DNA of 64,000 bases from NCBI GenBank assembly GCA_041736675.1, contig JBGSTD010000065.1, positions 895 through 64,894 of the forward strand, given 5' to 3'. This document shows positions 28,415 through 35,580 of this stretch, piece by piece. Both the position numbers and the translations under genes were made by a program. This DNA is from Salaquimonas sp. GTDB taxonomy: Bacteria > Pseudomonadota > Alphaproteobacteria > Rhizobiales > Rhizobiaceae. Every line of letters starts with the position of its first letter. Position 1 is the stretch's first letter. The notes under the pieces were generated by a model. That model worked only from the letters and a program-made list of their open reading frames with translations. It was not told the origin of the DNA and ran no database searches.

Positions 28415-28906
28415 TTATGCGGGGTATTTCAACAGTCCGACACTTTCAAAAGTCATCACCAATTCATTGTCCTGGTTTTTCCCCGATTGGCGGGCAGTCA
28501 ACACATACCAGCCGGGTTTGCTTTGGCTCGCACGGCAACTGATTGTCTCATTGAAATAAGTTATGGTGTCACCGGTAAAAACTGGTTTCAGCCATTTCAA
28601 ATTGGTGAACCCCGGCGATGGGCCAAATTCTGGTATTGGCAGACCCGTTGCAGCGCGTTCTGCCATGGATTTTGCATGATGATCGCGCTGTTTTCGCATC
28701 CATACCGAGACGGTATGCCAGCCGGAAGCTGAAAGCCGCCCGAAGACACTGGCCTTTGCCGCGTTTTCATCCAGATGAAACGGCTGAGGATCAAACGCGC
28801 TGGCAAAACGGATGGTTTCTTCTGCTTCAAAAGTGTGGCAGCCTATTTCTGCTTTTGTGCCGGGCACCATGAAGCAAGGCAGTTGCGGATCAATTGCTGC
28901 GTTCAT
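28415..28906 (-). CDS. MaoC-like (hot-dog fold) dehydratase family protein, copy 2
   Basis: Motif: FASAFDPQPFHLDENAAKASVFGRLSASGWHT. The ATG overlaps the stop of copy 1 (ATGA). Confidence 0.7.
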   Translation of the reverse strand: MNAAIDPQLPCFMVPGTKAEIGCHTFEAEETIRFASAFDPQPFHLDENAAKASVFGRLSASGWHTVSVWMRKQRDHHAKSMAERAATGLPIPEFGPSPGFTNLKWLKPVFTGDTITYFNETISCRASQSKPGWYVLTARQSGKNQDNELVMTFESVGLLKYPA

Positions 28907-29358
28907 GCGGCACCCCTCGTTTTCATCATGCCTGTATTGGTCAGGGTCAAAACCTGATCGCCGTTTTGATTGAAGACATTGCAACGGATATTAAGAAGAC
29001 CCAAACTTGGGCGTGAGGCGGAAAGGCGTGCGCCTTCGACCAATATATGACCGCTAAGGATGTCGCCAGGGCGAACAGGGATCATCCATTTGCATTCGTG
29101 AACGCCAGGAGCACCCTGGGATGACGAATTCAGCAGAAAACTGTCGCACATCATACGCATTGCAATTGAACATGTGTGCCAGCCGGAGGCGCAAAGCCCA
29201 CCCATCACCGAGGCTTTTCCGCCTTCTTCGCTCAAATGAAACGGTGCCGGATCAAACTCTTCAGCAAAAGCGATGATTTCTTCGCTGGTGACCTGGTATG
29301 GGCCAATATCGACTTTTGAACCGGGTTGCAGATCCTCGTAGTAATATTTGATCATCAA
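28903..29358 (-). CDS. MaoC-like (hot-dog fold) dehydratase family protein, copy 1
   Basis: Motif: FAEEFDPAPFHLSEEGGKASVMGGLCASGWHT. 151 aa. Confidence 0.7.
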   Translation of the reverse strand: MMIKYYYEDLQPGSKVDIGPYQVTSEEIIAFAEEFDPAPFHLSEEGGKASVMGGLCASGWHTCSIAMRMMCDSFLLNSSSQGAPGVHECKWMIPVRPGDILSGHILVEGARLSASRPSLGLLNIRCNVFNQNGDQVLTLTNTGMMKTRGAA

Positions 29359-29388
29359 GTACTCGCATGCAAGATTGGTGCTGTAAGA

Positions 29389-30030
29389 TCATAAACGGGC
29401 AAGGGCAGGGGTTAAATCGCCAAAACCTGTATATCTGCGTTCATAGACAAGGCCAAGAAAAGCAGCTGCGGCTTCTGCGTTTTTACTCAGTTCGTCGTCA
29501 TCGGTCTGGGCAAGATACAGCGCTTTGGTATAATTGGAGAAATACATTTCCTTCAGTTCAGGGTGACGGTCTAGACCAAGCGGTTTCACCATGAAGGTTT
29601 CAAAATGGCGCGCAAGGAAATCGGTGATGAAAAAGGTTGTCATATGATCGTCGCCCTCGCCGGCGAATGCCTCGTTACCGACGTAAAATGAAAAGCAGTG
29701 GGGTCCGGCAATCCGCTCTATGCCATATTTAACGCATACCTTGTCGAGGGCGCCGCCTGTACCACAATCTGCGTAGCCGGCAAAAATGTGGGTGAAACCT
29801 TCATCCCGTGCCTGGCAGATGGCTATCTCCATTGCAGGTGCGATTTTTTCCGGATGATGATGATAGTCTGCCGGAAGACATTTCAGATCAATGTGGTCGA
29901 GACCAAGCTGCTCATTGATTGCGAGGATTTCCCTTGCAATCATGCCGCAGGCAATAACGCGGACGGGTTCGCGATCCGAACACTCGTCCGAGGTTGGCAA
30001 TATAGATCCGGGTTTGTTCCTGCTGGTCAA
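29389..30030 (-). CDS. DUF1638 domain-containing protein
   Basis: Sequence: VRVIACGMIAREI...LPADYHHHPEKI...GYADCGTGGALD...GPHCFSFY. From memory, this family is typically found beside corrinoid methyltransferase genes. Confidence 0.6.
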   Translation of the reverse strand: MTSRNKPGSILPTSDECSDREPVRVIACGMIAREILAINEQLGLDHIDLKCLPADYHHHPEKIAPAMEIAICQARDEGFTHIFAGYADCGTGGALDKVCVKYGIERIAGPHCFSFYVGNEAFAGEGDDHMTTFFITDFLARHFETFMVKPLGLDRHPELKEMYFSNYTKALYLAQTDDDELSKNAEAAAAFLGLVYERRYTGFGDLTPALARL

Positions 30031-30102
30031 GATGCTCTCGCAGATAGATTCAATTGCTTGTGAAACTGAATCTGATTATTTCACCAAATAATTGTTTTAC
30101 CA

Positions 30103-30138
30103 AATAAAAAGGGCGCTGATTGGTTCCCCCCAGCGCCC
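30103..30138 (-). terminator. rho-independent terminator after the corrinoid protein gene
   Basis: On the minus strand, GGGCGCTG-(12 nt)-CAGCGCCC is followed by TTTTTATTT, 25 nt after the stop at 30164. Confidence 0.7.
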
Positions 30139-30163
30139 GATTTCAATCCCGTCCACCTGACGC

Positions 30164-30853
30164 TTACATCTGGTTGTGCTTGCGGGCCATATAGGATTTT
30201 GCAGTTTCAACTGCAACCGCAGCATCCCGGCAATAGGCGTCAGCACCGATGGCCTTGCCAAATTCCTCGTTGAGCGGAGCGCCGCCCACAAGGATGGTAT
30301 AGTCATCGCGAATGCCTTTGGCGATCATCGTGTCTATCACAACCTTCATGTATGGCATTGTTGTGGTCAACAAGGCTGACATACCCAGAATGTCGGGTTT
30401 ATGTTTTTCGAGAGCGGCCAGATATTCGTCAGCATCGGTGTTGATGCCAAGGTCGAACACATCAAAACCGGCGCCTTCCATCATCATGCCGACGAGGTTC
30501 TTGCCAATGTCATGAATGTCACCTTTGACGGTGCCGATAACCATTGAGCCCAATTTGGGTGCACCGGTTTCAATCAGCAACGGGCGAAGAATGAACATTC
30601 CTGCTTTCATTGCATTTGCCGCAAGCAAAACTTCGGGAACGAACAAAATGCCGTCACGGAAGTCGATACCGACAATGCGCATGCCTTCAACCAGGGCCTT
30701 GGTCAGAACATCGTAAGGTGTCCATTTCCTGTCGAGCAGGATGTGTACACCTTCTTCGATTTCTTCTTTCAGGCCGTCATAAAGGTCATCATGCATCTGG
30801 AGAACCAGATCCTCATCGCTCAATTCTGACAGGATGATTTCATCTTCTGACAT
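30164..30853 (-). CDS. corrinoid (cobalamin-binding) methyl-carrier protein (MtgC/MtbC-like)
   Basis: It has a B12 cap domain and a Rossmann domain with the DxHxxG motif (GDIHDIGKN). The strongly acidic N-terminus reads MSEDEIILSELSDEDLVLQMHDD. Confidence 0.85.
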   Translation of the reverse strand: MSEDEIILSELSDEDLVLQMHDDLYDGLKEEIEEGVHILLDRKWTPYDVLTKALVEGMRIVGIDFRDGILFVPEVLLAANAMKAGMFILRPLLIETGAPKLGSMVIGTVKGDIHDIGKNLVGMMMEGAGFDVFDLGINTDADEYLAALEKHKPDILGMSALLTTTMPYMKVVIDTMIAKGIRDDYTILVGGAPLNEEFGKAIGADAYCRDAAVAVETAKSYMARKHNQM

Positions 30854-30919
30854 TTATTGCTGCCCTTCTGCAAAACGTGAATGTGTTTCCAATTTAGTTA
30901 TCATTGCCAATACGCAAAT

Positions 30920-30973
30920 CAAACAAATTTTCCCCTTGATATAGCAGGAAACCCCCCATTGATATCTGTTTGT
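30920..30973. promoter_or_regulatory. composite repeat element in the corrinoid/mttB divergent promoter region
   Basis: CAAACAAAT (30920) and its inverted partner ATCTGTTTG (30965-30973) flank two direct CCCC(T/A)TTGATAT repeats. The left part resembles 34757-34783, and the right 15 nt is identical to 42633-42647. Confidence 0.45.
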
Positions 30974-31238
30974 TTAGCGACCTATGGCAAGAGGATTGCG
31001 ACGCGTTGATTTTGGATGCAATGTCGACAAAGAATGTGGTCTATGTAATTCACGCAAAAGCTTGTCGGTTTTGGCAAAGTGAAATTGCAAAACAGATATA
31101 GTTGAAGAGGTAATCGTTCTTGTAGTCTTCGAAATTTGACGGAGTTGTCCGATTTTGGGACGGCACTATCCAATATTTGAAACCAAGATACTGTTATTTC
31201 AGGCGAATTTGAGTTCGTCATGCTAAAAGGTAAGAAAA

Positions 31239-32822
31239 ATGAGCGAGATGGATACCTCCATGAGTGAGAAAGATGCTGGCGAAGAAGGACGCGGCGGACG
31301 CCGTGTCAGAGGCGGCGGTGGTGCTGCCAGACGCGCGTCGCGTTCAGGAGTGCATTTGACAAGCCTGCCTTATATCCACCGACAGTTGGAACCCGTTGAT
31401 ATCCTCTCGTTGGAAGCGATCGAAATTATTGAGCGCAATGCCGATATTCTGATGGAAGAAGTCGGTCTTGAATATCGTGATGATGCCGAGGCGCTGCAGA
31501 TGTGGCGTGATGCCGGTGCGGATGTTCAGGGTGAGCGGGTGCATTTTCCAAAAGGTCTTTGCCGCGAGTTGATGAAAACTGCCCCGTCGAGCTTTACCCA
31601 GCATGCGCGAAATCCTGACAGAAGCGTGGTTATTGGCGGCAAAACAACGGTTTTTGCTCCGGTTTATGGTCCGCCATTTGTACACGACCTCGATGGCAAC
31701 CGCCGGTATGGCACGATGGAGGATTTCCGCAATTTCGTGAAACTTGCCTATATGGCCCCCGCCATGCACCATTCAGGCGGCACGGTTTGCGAGCCAACGG
31801 ATGTTGCGGTCAACAAGCGCCATCTCGACATGGTTTATTCACACATCCGCTATTCAGACAAACCTTTCATGGGTTCAGTCACTGCGCCCGAACGGGCGGA
31901 AGATACTGTCAAAATGGCGCAAATGGTGTTTGGAGAAGAGTTTGTTGACCAGAATTGCGTTCTTGTCTCATTGATCAACTGCAACTCGCCGATGGTGCTT
32001 GATGATACCATGCTTGGTGCATTGAAAGTCTATGCCCGGGCAAACCAGGCGTCCATCATCTCCCCGTTTATCGTTGGCGGTGCCATGAGCCCGGTCACTG
32101 TGGCTGGAACATTGACGCAGGTGCTTTGTGAAGCAACGTCAGCAATCGCGTTTTCGCAGCTATGTCGCAAGGGATCGCCGGTGATTTTCGGCACATTTGC
32201 GACCTCGATTTCCATGCAGACGGGTGCGCCCGCGTTTGGAACACCTGAGCCTGCGCAGGTTTTGATGGGGGCTGCACAGTTTGCCCGCCGATATAACCTG
32301 CCGTTCCGCTCCGGTGGCTCACTTACCGGATCAAAACTGCCGGACGCATCGGCAGCCTATGAAAGCGCCAACACGCTTTGGCCGGCGATGATGGGAGGGG
32401 TGAATTTCATGCTTCACGCTGCCGGATGGCTTGAAGGGGGGCTTGTGTCCTCCTTCGAAAAATTCGTGATGGATTGCGACCAGTTGGCGGCAGCCCAGAA
32501 ATTTGCTGCAGGTGTCAATGTCGATGAAAATGCCCAGGCTATGTCAGCTATCCGCGAAGTCGGACCGGGCGGCCATTATCTTGGATGTGAGCATACCCAG
32601 AACAATTTCAAAACCGCATTCCACGTTTCCACCGTTGCAGACAACAACTCGTTTGAGCAATGGGAAATTGAAGGCGGATTACGCTCGGAGCAGCGGGCAA
32701 ACAAAACTGCACGTGAATGGTTGGAGGCATACGTCGCGCCGGATCTTGACCCTGCAATTGATGAGGCGCTCAAGGCCTTTATCAAGCAGCGCAAGGATTC
32801 CATGCCCGACGCATTTGCCTGA
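31239..32822 (+). CDS. MttB-superfamily (trimethylamine methyltransferase family) protein without pyrrolysine; candidate quaternary-amine:corrinoid methyltransferase 1
   Basis: The 527-aa ORF is uninterrupted, with no in-frame TAG. It has an MttB-like TIM barrel (e.g. NCNSPMVLD, GAMSPVTVAG, HAAGWLEGGL). The Arg/Gly-rich N-terminus reads GRGGRRVRGGGGAARRASRSG. Confidence 0.8.
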   Translation: MSEMDTSMSEKDAGEEGRGGRRVRGGGGAARRASRSGVHLTSLPYIHRQLEPVDILSLEAIEIIERNADILMEEVGLEYRDDAEALQMWRDAGADVQGERVHFPKGLCRELMKTAPSSFTQHARNPDRSVVIGGKTTVFAPVYGPPFVHDLDGNRRYGTMEDFRNFVKLAYMAPAMHHSGGTVCEPTDVAVNKRHLDMVYSHIRYSDKPFMGSVTAPERAEDTVKMAQMVFGEEFVDQNCVLVSLINCNSPMVLDDTMLGALKVYARANQASIISPFIVGGAMSPVTVAGTLTQVLCEATSAIAFSQLCRKGSPVIFGTFATSISMQTGAPAFGTPEPAQVLMGAAQFARRYNLPFRSGGSLTGSKLPDASAAYESANTLWPAMMGGVNFMLHAAGWLEGGLVSSFEKFVMDCDQLAAAQKFAAGVNVDENAQAMSAIREVGPGGHYLGCEHTQNNFKTAFHVSTVADNNSFEQWEIEGGLRSEQRANKTAREWLEAYVAPDLDPAIDEALKAFIKQRKDSMPDAFA

Positions 32823-32966
32823 AAGGGTGCCCCGGTTTCCGAAGCGCAAGCGAGGAAACAAGTCGGGAATCAAATTACGAAAAGTGTCTGGCGGCTTAGC
32901 GAGCCGACCGGGACTTCGTCATGATTTTGTGATGCAAGGCACCTGACTGTCGGTGGGGTAAAGATC

Positions 32967-33635
32967 ATGACTGACTGCACGGATATTGAAAAGAAATTGG
33001 CTCCTGCGCTTGAGGCGCTGGGGCTTTTTTGTTTTGGCTGGTTTGTAATGGCGGATGATCCGTTTGCCGGACGCAGGGCTGTACTTGTCGGCAACCATGC
33101 CCAGGAAGGCAAACACGCGATGTGGGAGGCTTTTAGGAAATCCGCAGAATATTCCGACACAAAACCTGATGCGATGGATCGCTGGACGCAGCGCGTTGTT
33201 GGTGCGGTAGCAAAGGTGCAGGGGGCCACAGCGATTTACCCGTTTGGAAATACACTATGGCCGTTTCAACGTTATGCCAAGTCTGCAACGGGAATGCAGT
33301 CATCGCCTCTCGGCCTGCTGATCCATCCTGAATTTGGACTATGGCAAGCGTACCGGTCCGTGTTGATATTCAACGATTCTTTGGGTTTAAGTATTCCTCA
33401 GGCGTTGAATCATCCTTGTGACACGTGTTTTGAGAAACCTTGCCTAAGTGCTTGTCCTGTAGAGGCTTTTTCAGTTGATGATTTTGCTGTTGAGCAATGT
33501 CGCACGCATCTTGCTTCCGGGGATCAGCCCGCTTGCATGAGCCTGGGATGCCGGGCGCGGGCTGCCTGTCCAGTCGGAATTCCTTATGTTGACGAGCAAA
33601 TCCGGTTTCACATGCGATCGTTCGCGAAGCTTTAG
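32967..33635 (+). CDS. Fe-S cluster protein with QueG/reductive-dehalogenase-like C-terminal ferredoxin motifs
   Basis: Motifs: CDTCFEKPCLSACP and CMSLGCRARAACP. 222 aa. Its 3' end overlaps the convergent homocysteine methyltransferase gene by 4 nt. Confidence 0.5.
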   Translation: MTDCTDIEKKLAPALEALGLFCFGWFVMADDPFAGRRAVLVGNHAQEGKHAMWEAFRKSAEYSDTKPDAMDRWTQRVVGAVAKVQGATAIYPFGNTLWPFQRYAKSATGMQSSPLGLLIHPEFGLWQAYRSVLIFNDSLGLSIPQALNHPCDTCFEKPCLSACPVEAFSVDDFAVEQCRTHLASGDQPACMSLGCRARAACPVGIPYVDEQIRFHMRSFAKL

Positions 33636-34666
33636 CGTTGACGACGGCCTTTGCGTTCGCGTGGGGCCTGGGCATCGTTGGCGGCAGAGGTTGCGTTTTT
33701 TAATGGTCCGATCTTTGCGATGATTTGATCGATGCTAGGACGCTCGATGTTTTCGTCAGAGATATGGTCGTCGATTGCCTTGCGCATATAGACAAGATGG
33801 TCGCAGGAAGTGCCACAACAGCCGCCAATGATTTTTGCACCGGCATCCATTGCCATGATGGTATAATCATACATCAATTCGGGTGTGCCGGTATATTCCA
33901 CCTTGTCGCCCCGAACGACCGGTATGCCGCAGTTTGCCTTTGCAACCACTATTGCTTCAGGATCTTTTTCGGTCATATCGAGAACGGAAGACAGCAAATC
34001 AGAAGCGCCCACGCCGCAGTTTGCACCAACAGCAAAAGGCTTGGCCTGATTGTCTGCGAAGACCGACCAAAGGCTGGAAGGGGCAAGGCCCATCATGGTC
34101 TTTCCGGCCGTATCGAATGAGGCAGTGACAACATAGGGCATATCAAGTTCGATGGCGGCGTTGGCTGCGGCCTCGATTTCGTCCTGGGAAGACATGGTTT
34201 CAATCCAGATGACATCAACGCCGCCGGATTTGAGCCCTTCCATCTGTTCCTTGAAGGCAAATTGCGCTTCTTCCTTGGTCAGCGGTCCAAGAGGCATCAA
34301 AAGCTCGCCTGTGGGGCCAACCGAGCCTGCCACAATCATTTTACGGCCTGACGCATCGGCGACTCTGCGCGCAATCTGCGCGCCTTTTTCATTGAGTTCA
34401 AAAACACGATCCTGAGCATGATGGAGTTTCAGTCTGTGGCGTGTTCCGCCAAATGTGTTGGTCAGAATAATGTCAGACCCGGCATCGACAAAACCCTGGT
34501 GCAGTTGTTCGATGTTTTCCGGCTTGGTATCATTCCAGAATTCCGGAGAATCGCCAGAAGTAAGCCCCATGCCGAACAAGGTCGTGCCCGTCGCACCATC
34601 AGCGAGCAGTATTTTCTTTTCAGCTAACAATTCCGCAAGGGCATTCTGCATTTTCGGTCCGTTCAT
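33632..34666 (-). CDS. homocysteine S-methyltransferase-family protein (betaine-homocysteine methyltransferase-like / MetH Hcy-domain-like)
   Basis: Motifs: LLADGATGT, ILTNTFGG, GANCGVG and GGCCGTSCDH (zinc ligands). The basic C-terminus reads PRERKGRRQR. Confidence 0.8.
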   Translation of the reverse strand: MNGPKMQNALAELLAEKKILLADGATGTTLFGMGLTSGDSPEFWNDTKPENIEQLHQGFVDAGSDIILTNTFGGTRHRLKLHHAQDRVFELNEKGAQIARRVADASGRKMIVAGSVGPTGELLMPLGPLTKEEAQFAFKEQMEGLKSGGVDVIWIETMSSQDEIEAAANAAIELDMPYVVTASFDTAGKTMMGLAPSSLWSVFADNQAKPFAVGANCGVGASDLLSSVLDMTEKDPEAIVVAKANCGIPVVRGDKVEYTGTPELMYDYTIMAMDAGAKIIGGCCGTSCDHLVYMRKAIDDHISDENIERPSIDQIIAKIGPLKNATSAANDAQAPRERKGRRQR

Positions 34667-34682
34667 TAGATGTAATATGAAG

Positions 34683-34702
34683 ATATAAAGATTTCTTTAT
34701 AT
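34683..34702. promoter_or_regulatory. 20-bp AT-rich palindrome ATATAAAGATTTCTTTATAT (candidate operator), copy 2
   Basis: It lies 16 nt upstream of the ATG at 34666 and matches the copy at 26224-26243 at 19 of 20 positions. Confidence 0.6.
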
Positions 34703-34756
34703 TATTATCTTGTTCTTGTGACGTCAACTTCAAAATCCTGCTTCCGATAATCGATG

Positions 34757-34783
34757 CAAACAAATTTCCCCATTTTAAGCAGG
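34757..34783. promoter_or_regulatory. CAAACAAATTTCCCC...AGCAGG element (copy of the left part of 30920-30948)
   Basis: CAAACAAATTT-CCCC-N7-AGCAGG lies about 90 nt upstream of the homocysteine methyltransferase start. The same blocks occur about 70-95 nt upstream of the corrinoid protein start. Confidence 0.4.
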
Positions 34784-35004
34784 TTTTCGGTGGTTTTGAT
34801 GGTCAGGCAACGGCAAAACGGCGTCGAATCGGCGGCATAAATTTCTTCGAAAAAACAGCGTTGTTAAGGTTCGCGTAACCCTATTCTAACGGCCTGTTTA
34901 CGATATTTGCCTATAAAGGGTTGTGAGGCCGAAGGATAATGCCTCTCTCCGGAAAAGGTATTGCGTACCGGGGTTCCTTCGCTACTAGTAAAAGCGTCTC
35001 AAAA

Positions 35005-35047
35005 CCGACTATTTGCCGGCAATTGCCCGCAGATAGTCGGTTTTTTT
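35005..35047 (+). terminator. strong orphan rho-independent terminator (end of a candidate small RNA or leader)
   Basis: An 18-bp near-perfect hairpin, CCGACTATTTGCCGGCAA / TTGCCCGCAGATAGTCGG, is followed by TTTTTTT. No credible plus-strand CDS ends upstream of it. Confidence 0.65.
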
Positions 35048-35128
35048 GCCGTTACGTAAGTTTTTGTTTGGATAAATTGCTGTTTCTGCATATACGTTCC
35101 GAAACGTTCGAGGCGGGGACCCACAGCT

Positions 35129-35563
35129 TTGTATTCTGTAGTAAAATCATTTCTGGATCGCCTAGGGGATTCGGAAAATCAAATTCGCGACCTTTCCCAC
35201 GAGGATACAAGGACTGCTATCGCAGTTCTTTATTACCGTGTGATAGTTGTGGATGGCCGCATAAGGCCGGAAGAACTTCATCTTTTCCGAACAGTTTTGG
35301 GTGAAACCCTCGGTGTTATCGAAGACGAACTGCTTTTGTTTGAAGATCATGTCCTTGAACTCATCAAGACCGAAAAGTCGCTCCTGCCTTTTATTTGGAT
35401 AGTCGAAAAGCTTCCCATTGAAAAGCGGCGTGAGATATTGCGCCATATGGAGGAAATTTCACTGAGTGACCGTGAATTGCACGAATTTGAAATAAATCTC
35501 GTGGCCCGCACCGCCGAACTGCTTGGGCTCAGCAAAGAGTGGAACTCAACCAAGAAGAAGTGA
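35129..35563 (+). CDS. TerB-family (tellurite-resistance TerB-like) protein
   Basis: 144 aa. Sequence: AIAVLYYRVIVVDGRIRPEELHLFRTVL...EISLSDRELHEFEINLVARTAELLGL. The apparent start is TTG at 35129, preceded by GAGGCGGGG. Confidence 0.55.
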   Translation: MYSVVKSFLDRLGDSENQIRDLSHEDTRTAIAVLYYRVIVVDGRIRPEELHLFRTVLGETLGVIEDELLLFEDHVLELIKTEKSLLPFIWIVEKLPIEKRREILRHMEEISLSDRELHEFEINLVARTAELLGLSKEWNSTKKK

Positions 35564-35580
35564 AATATCGGCTGAAAGCG

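Noticed and set aside
30982-31221. 79-aa minus-strand ORF in the corrinoid/mttB intergenic region
   Set aside because: It has no SD and no recognisable fold or TM pattern, and it overlaps the region carrying the repeat motifs. This is more likely regulatory DNA than coding sequence.
30854-31238. Cobalamin riboswitch upstream of the B12-dependent genes
   Set aside because: I looked here, and in 34667-35128, for the conserved B12-box-like GCCACTG core with flanking GGGAA/GGTG elements. None was found on either strand.
31239-32822. Possible pyrrolysine (in-frame TAG) in the MttB genes
   Set aside because: Both mttB-like ORFs (31239-32822 and 58112-59665) are uninterrupted full-length frames, and no pyl genes are present. 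They are non-Pyl family members.
34921-34990. Glycine-riboswitch-like CCGGAGAGAGGC on the minus strand
   Set aside because: Only the GGAGAG-like fragment matches. The CACCGAAGGGGCAA-type and CTCAGGCAAAAGGAC-type cores are absent, and the position relative to the promoter motifs does not fit.
34939-35304. 121-aa plus-strand ORF
   Set aside because: It reads straight through the 18-bp terminator hairpin and T7 run and overlaps the TerB-like gene in another frame. It is unlikely to be translated.
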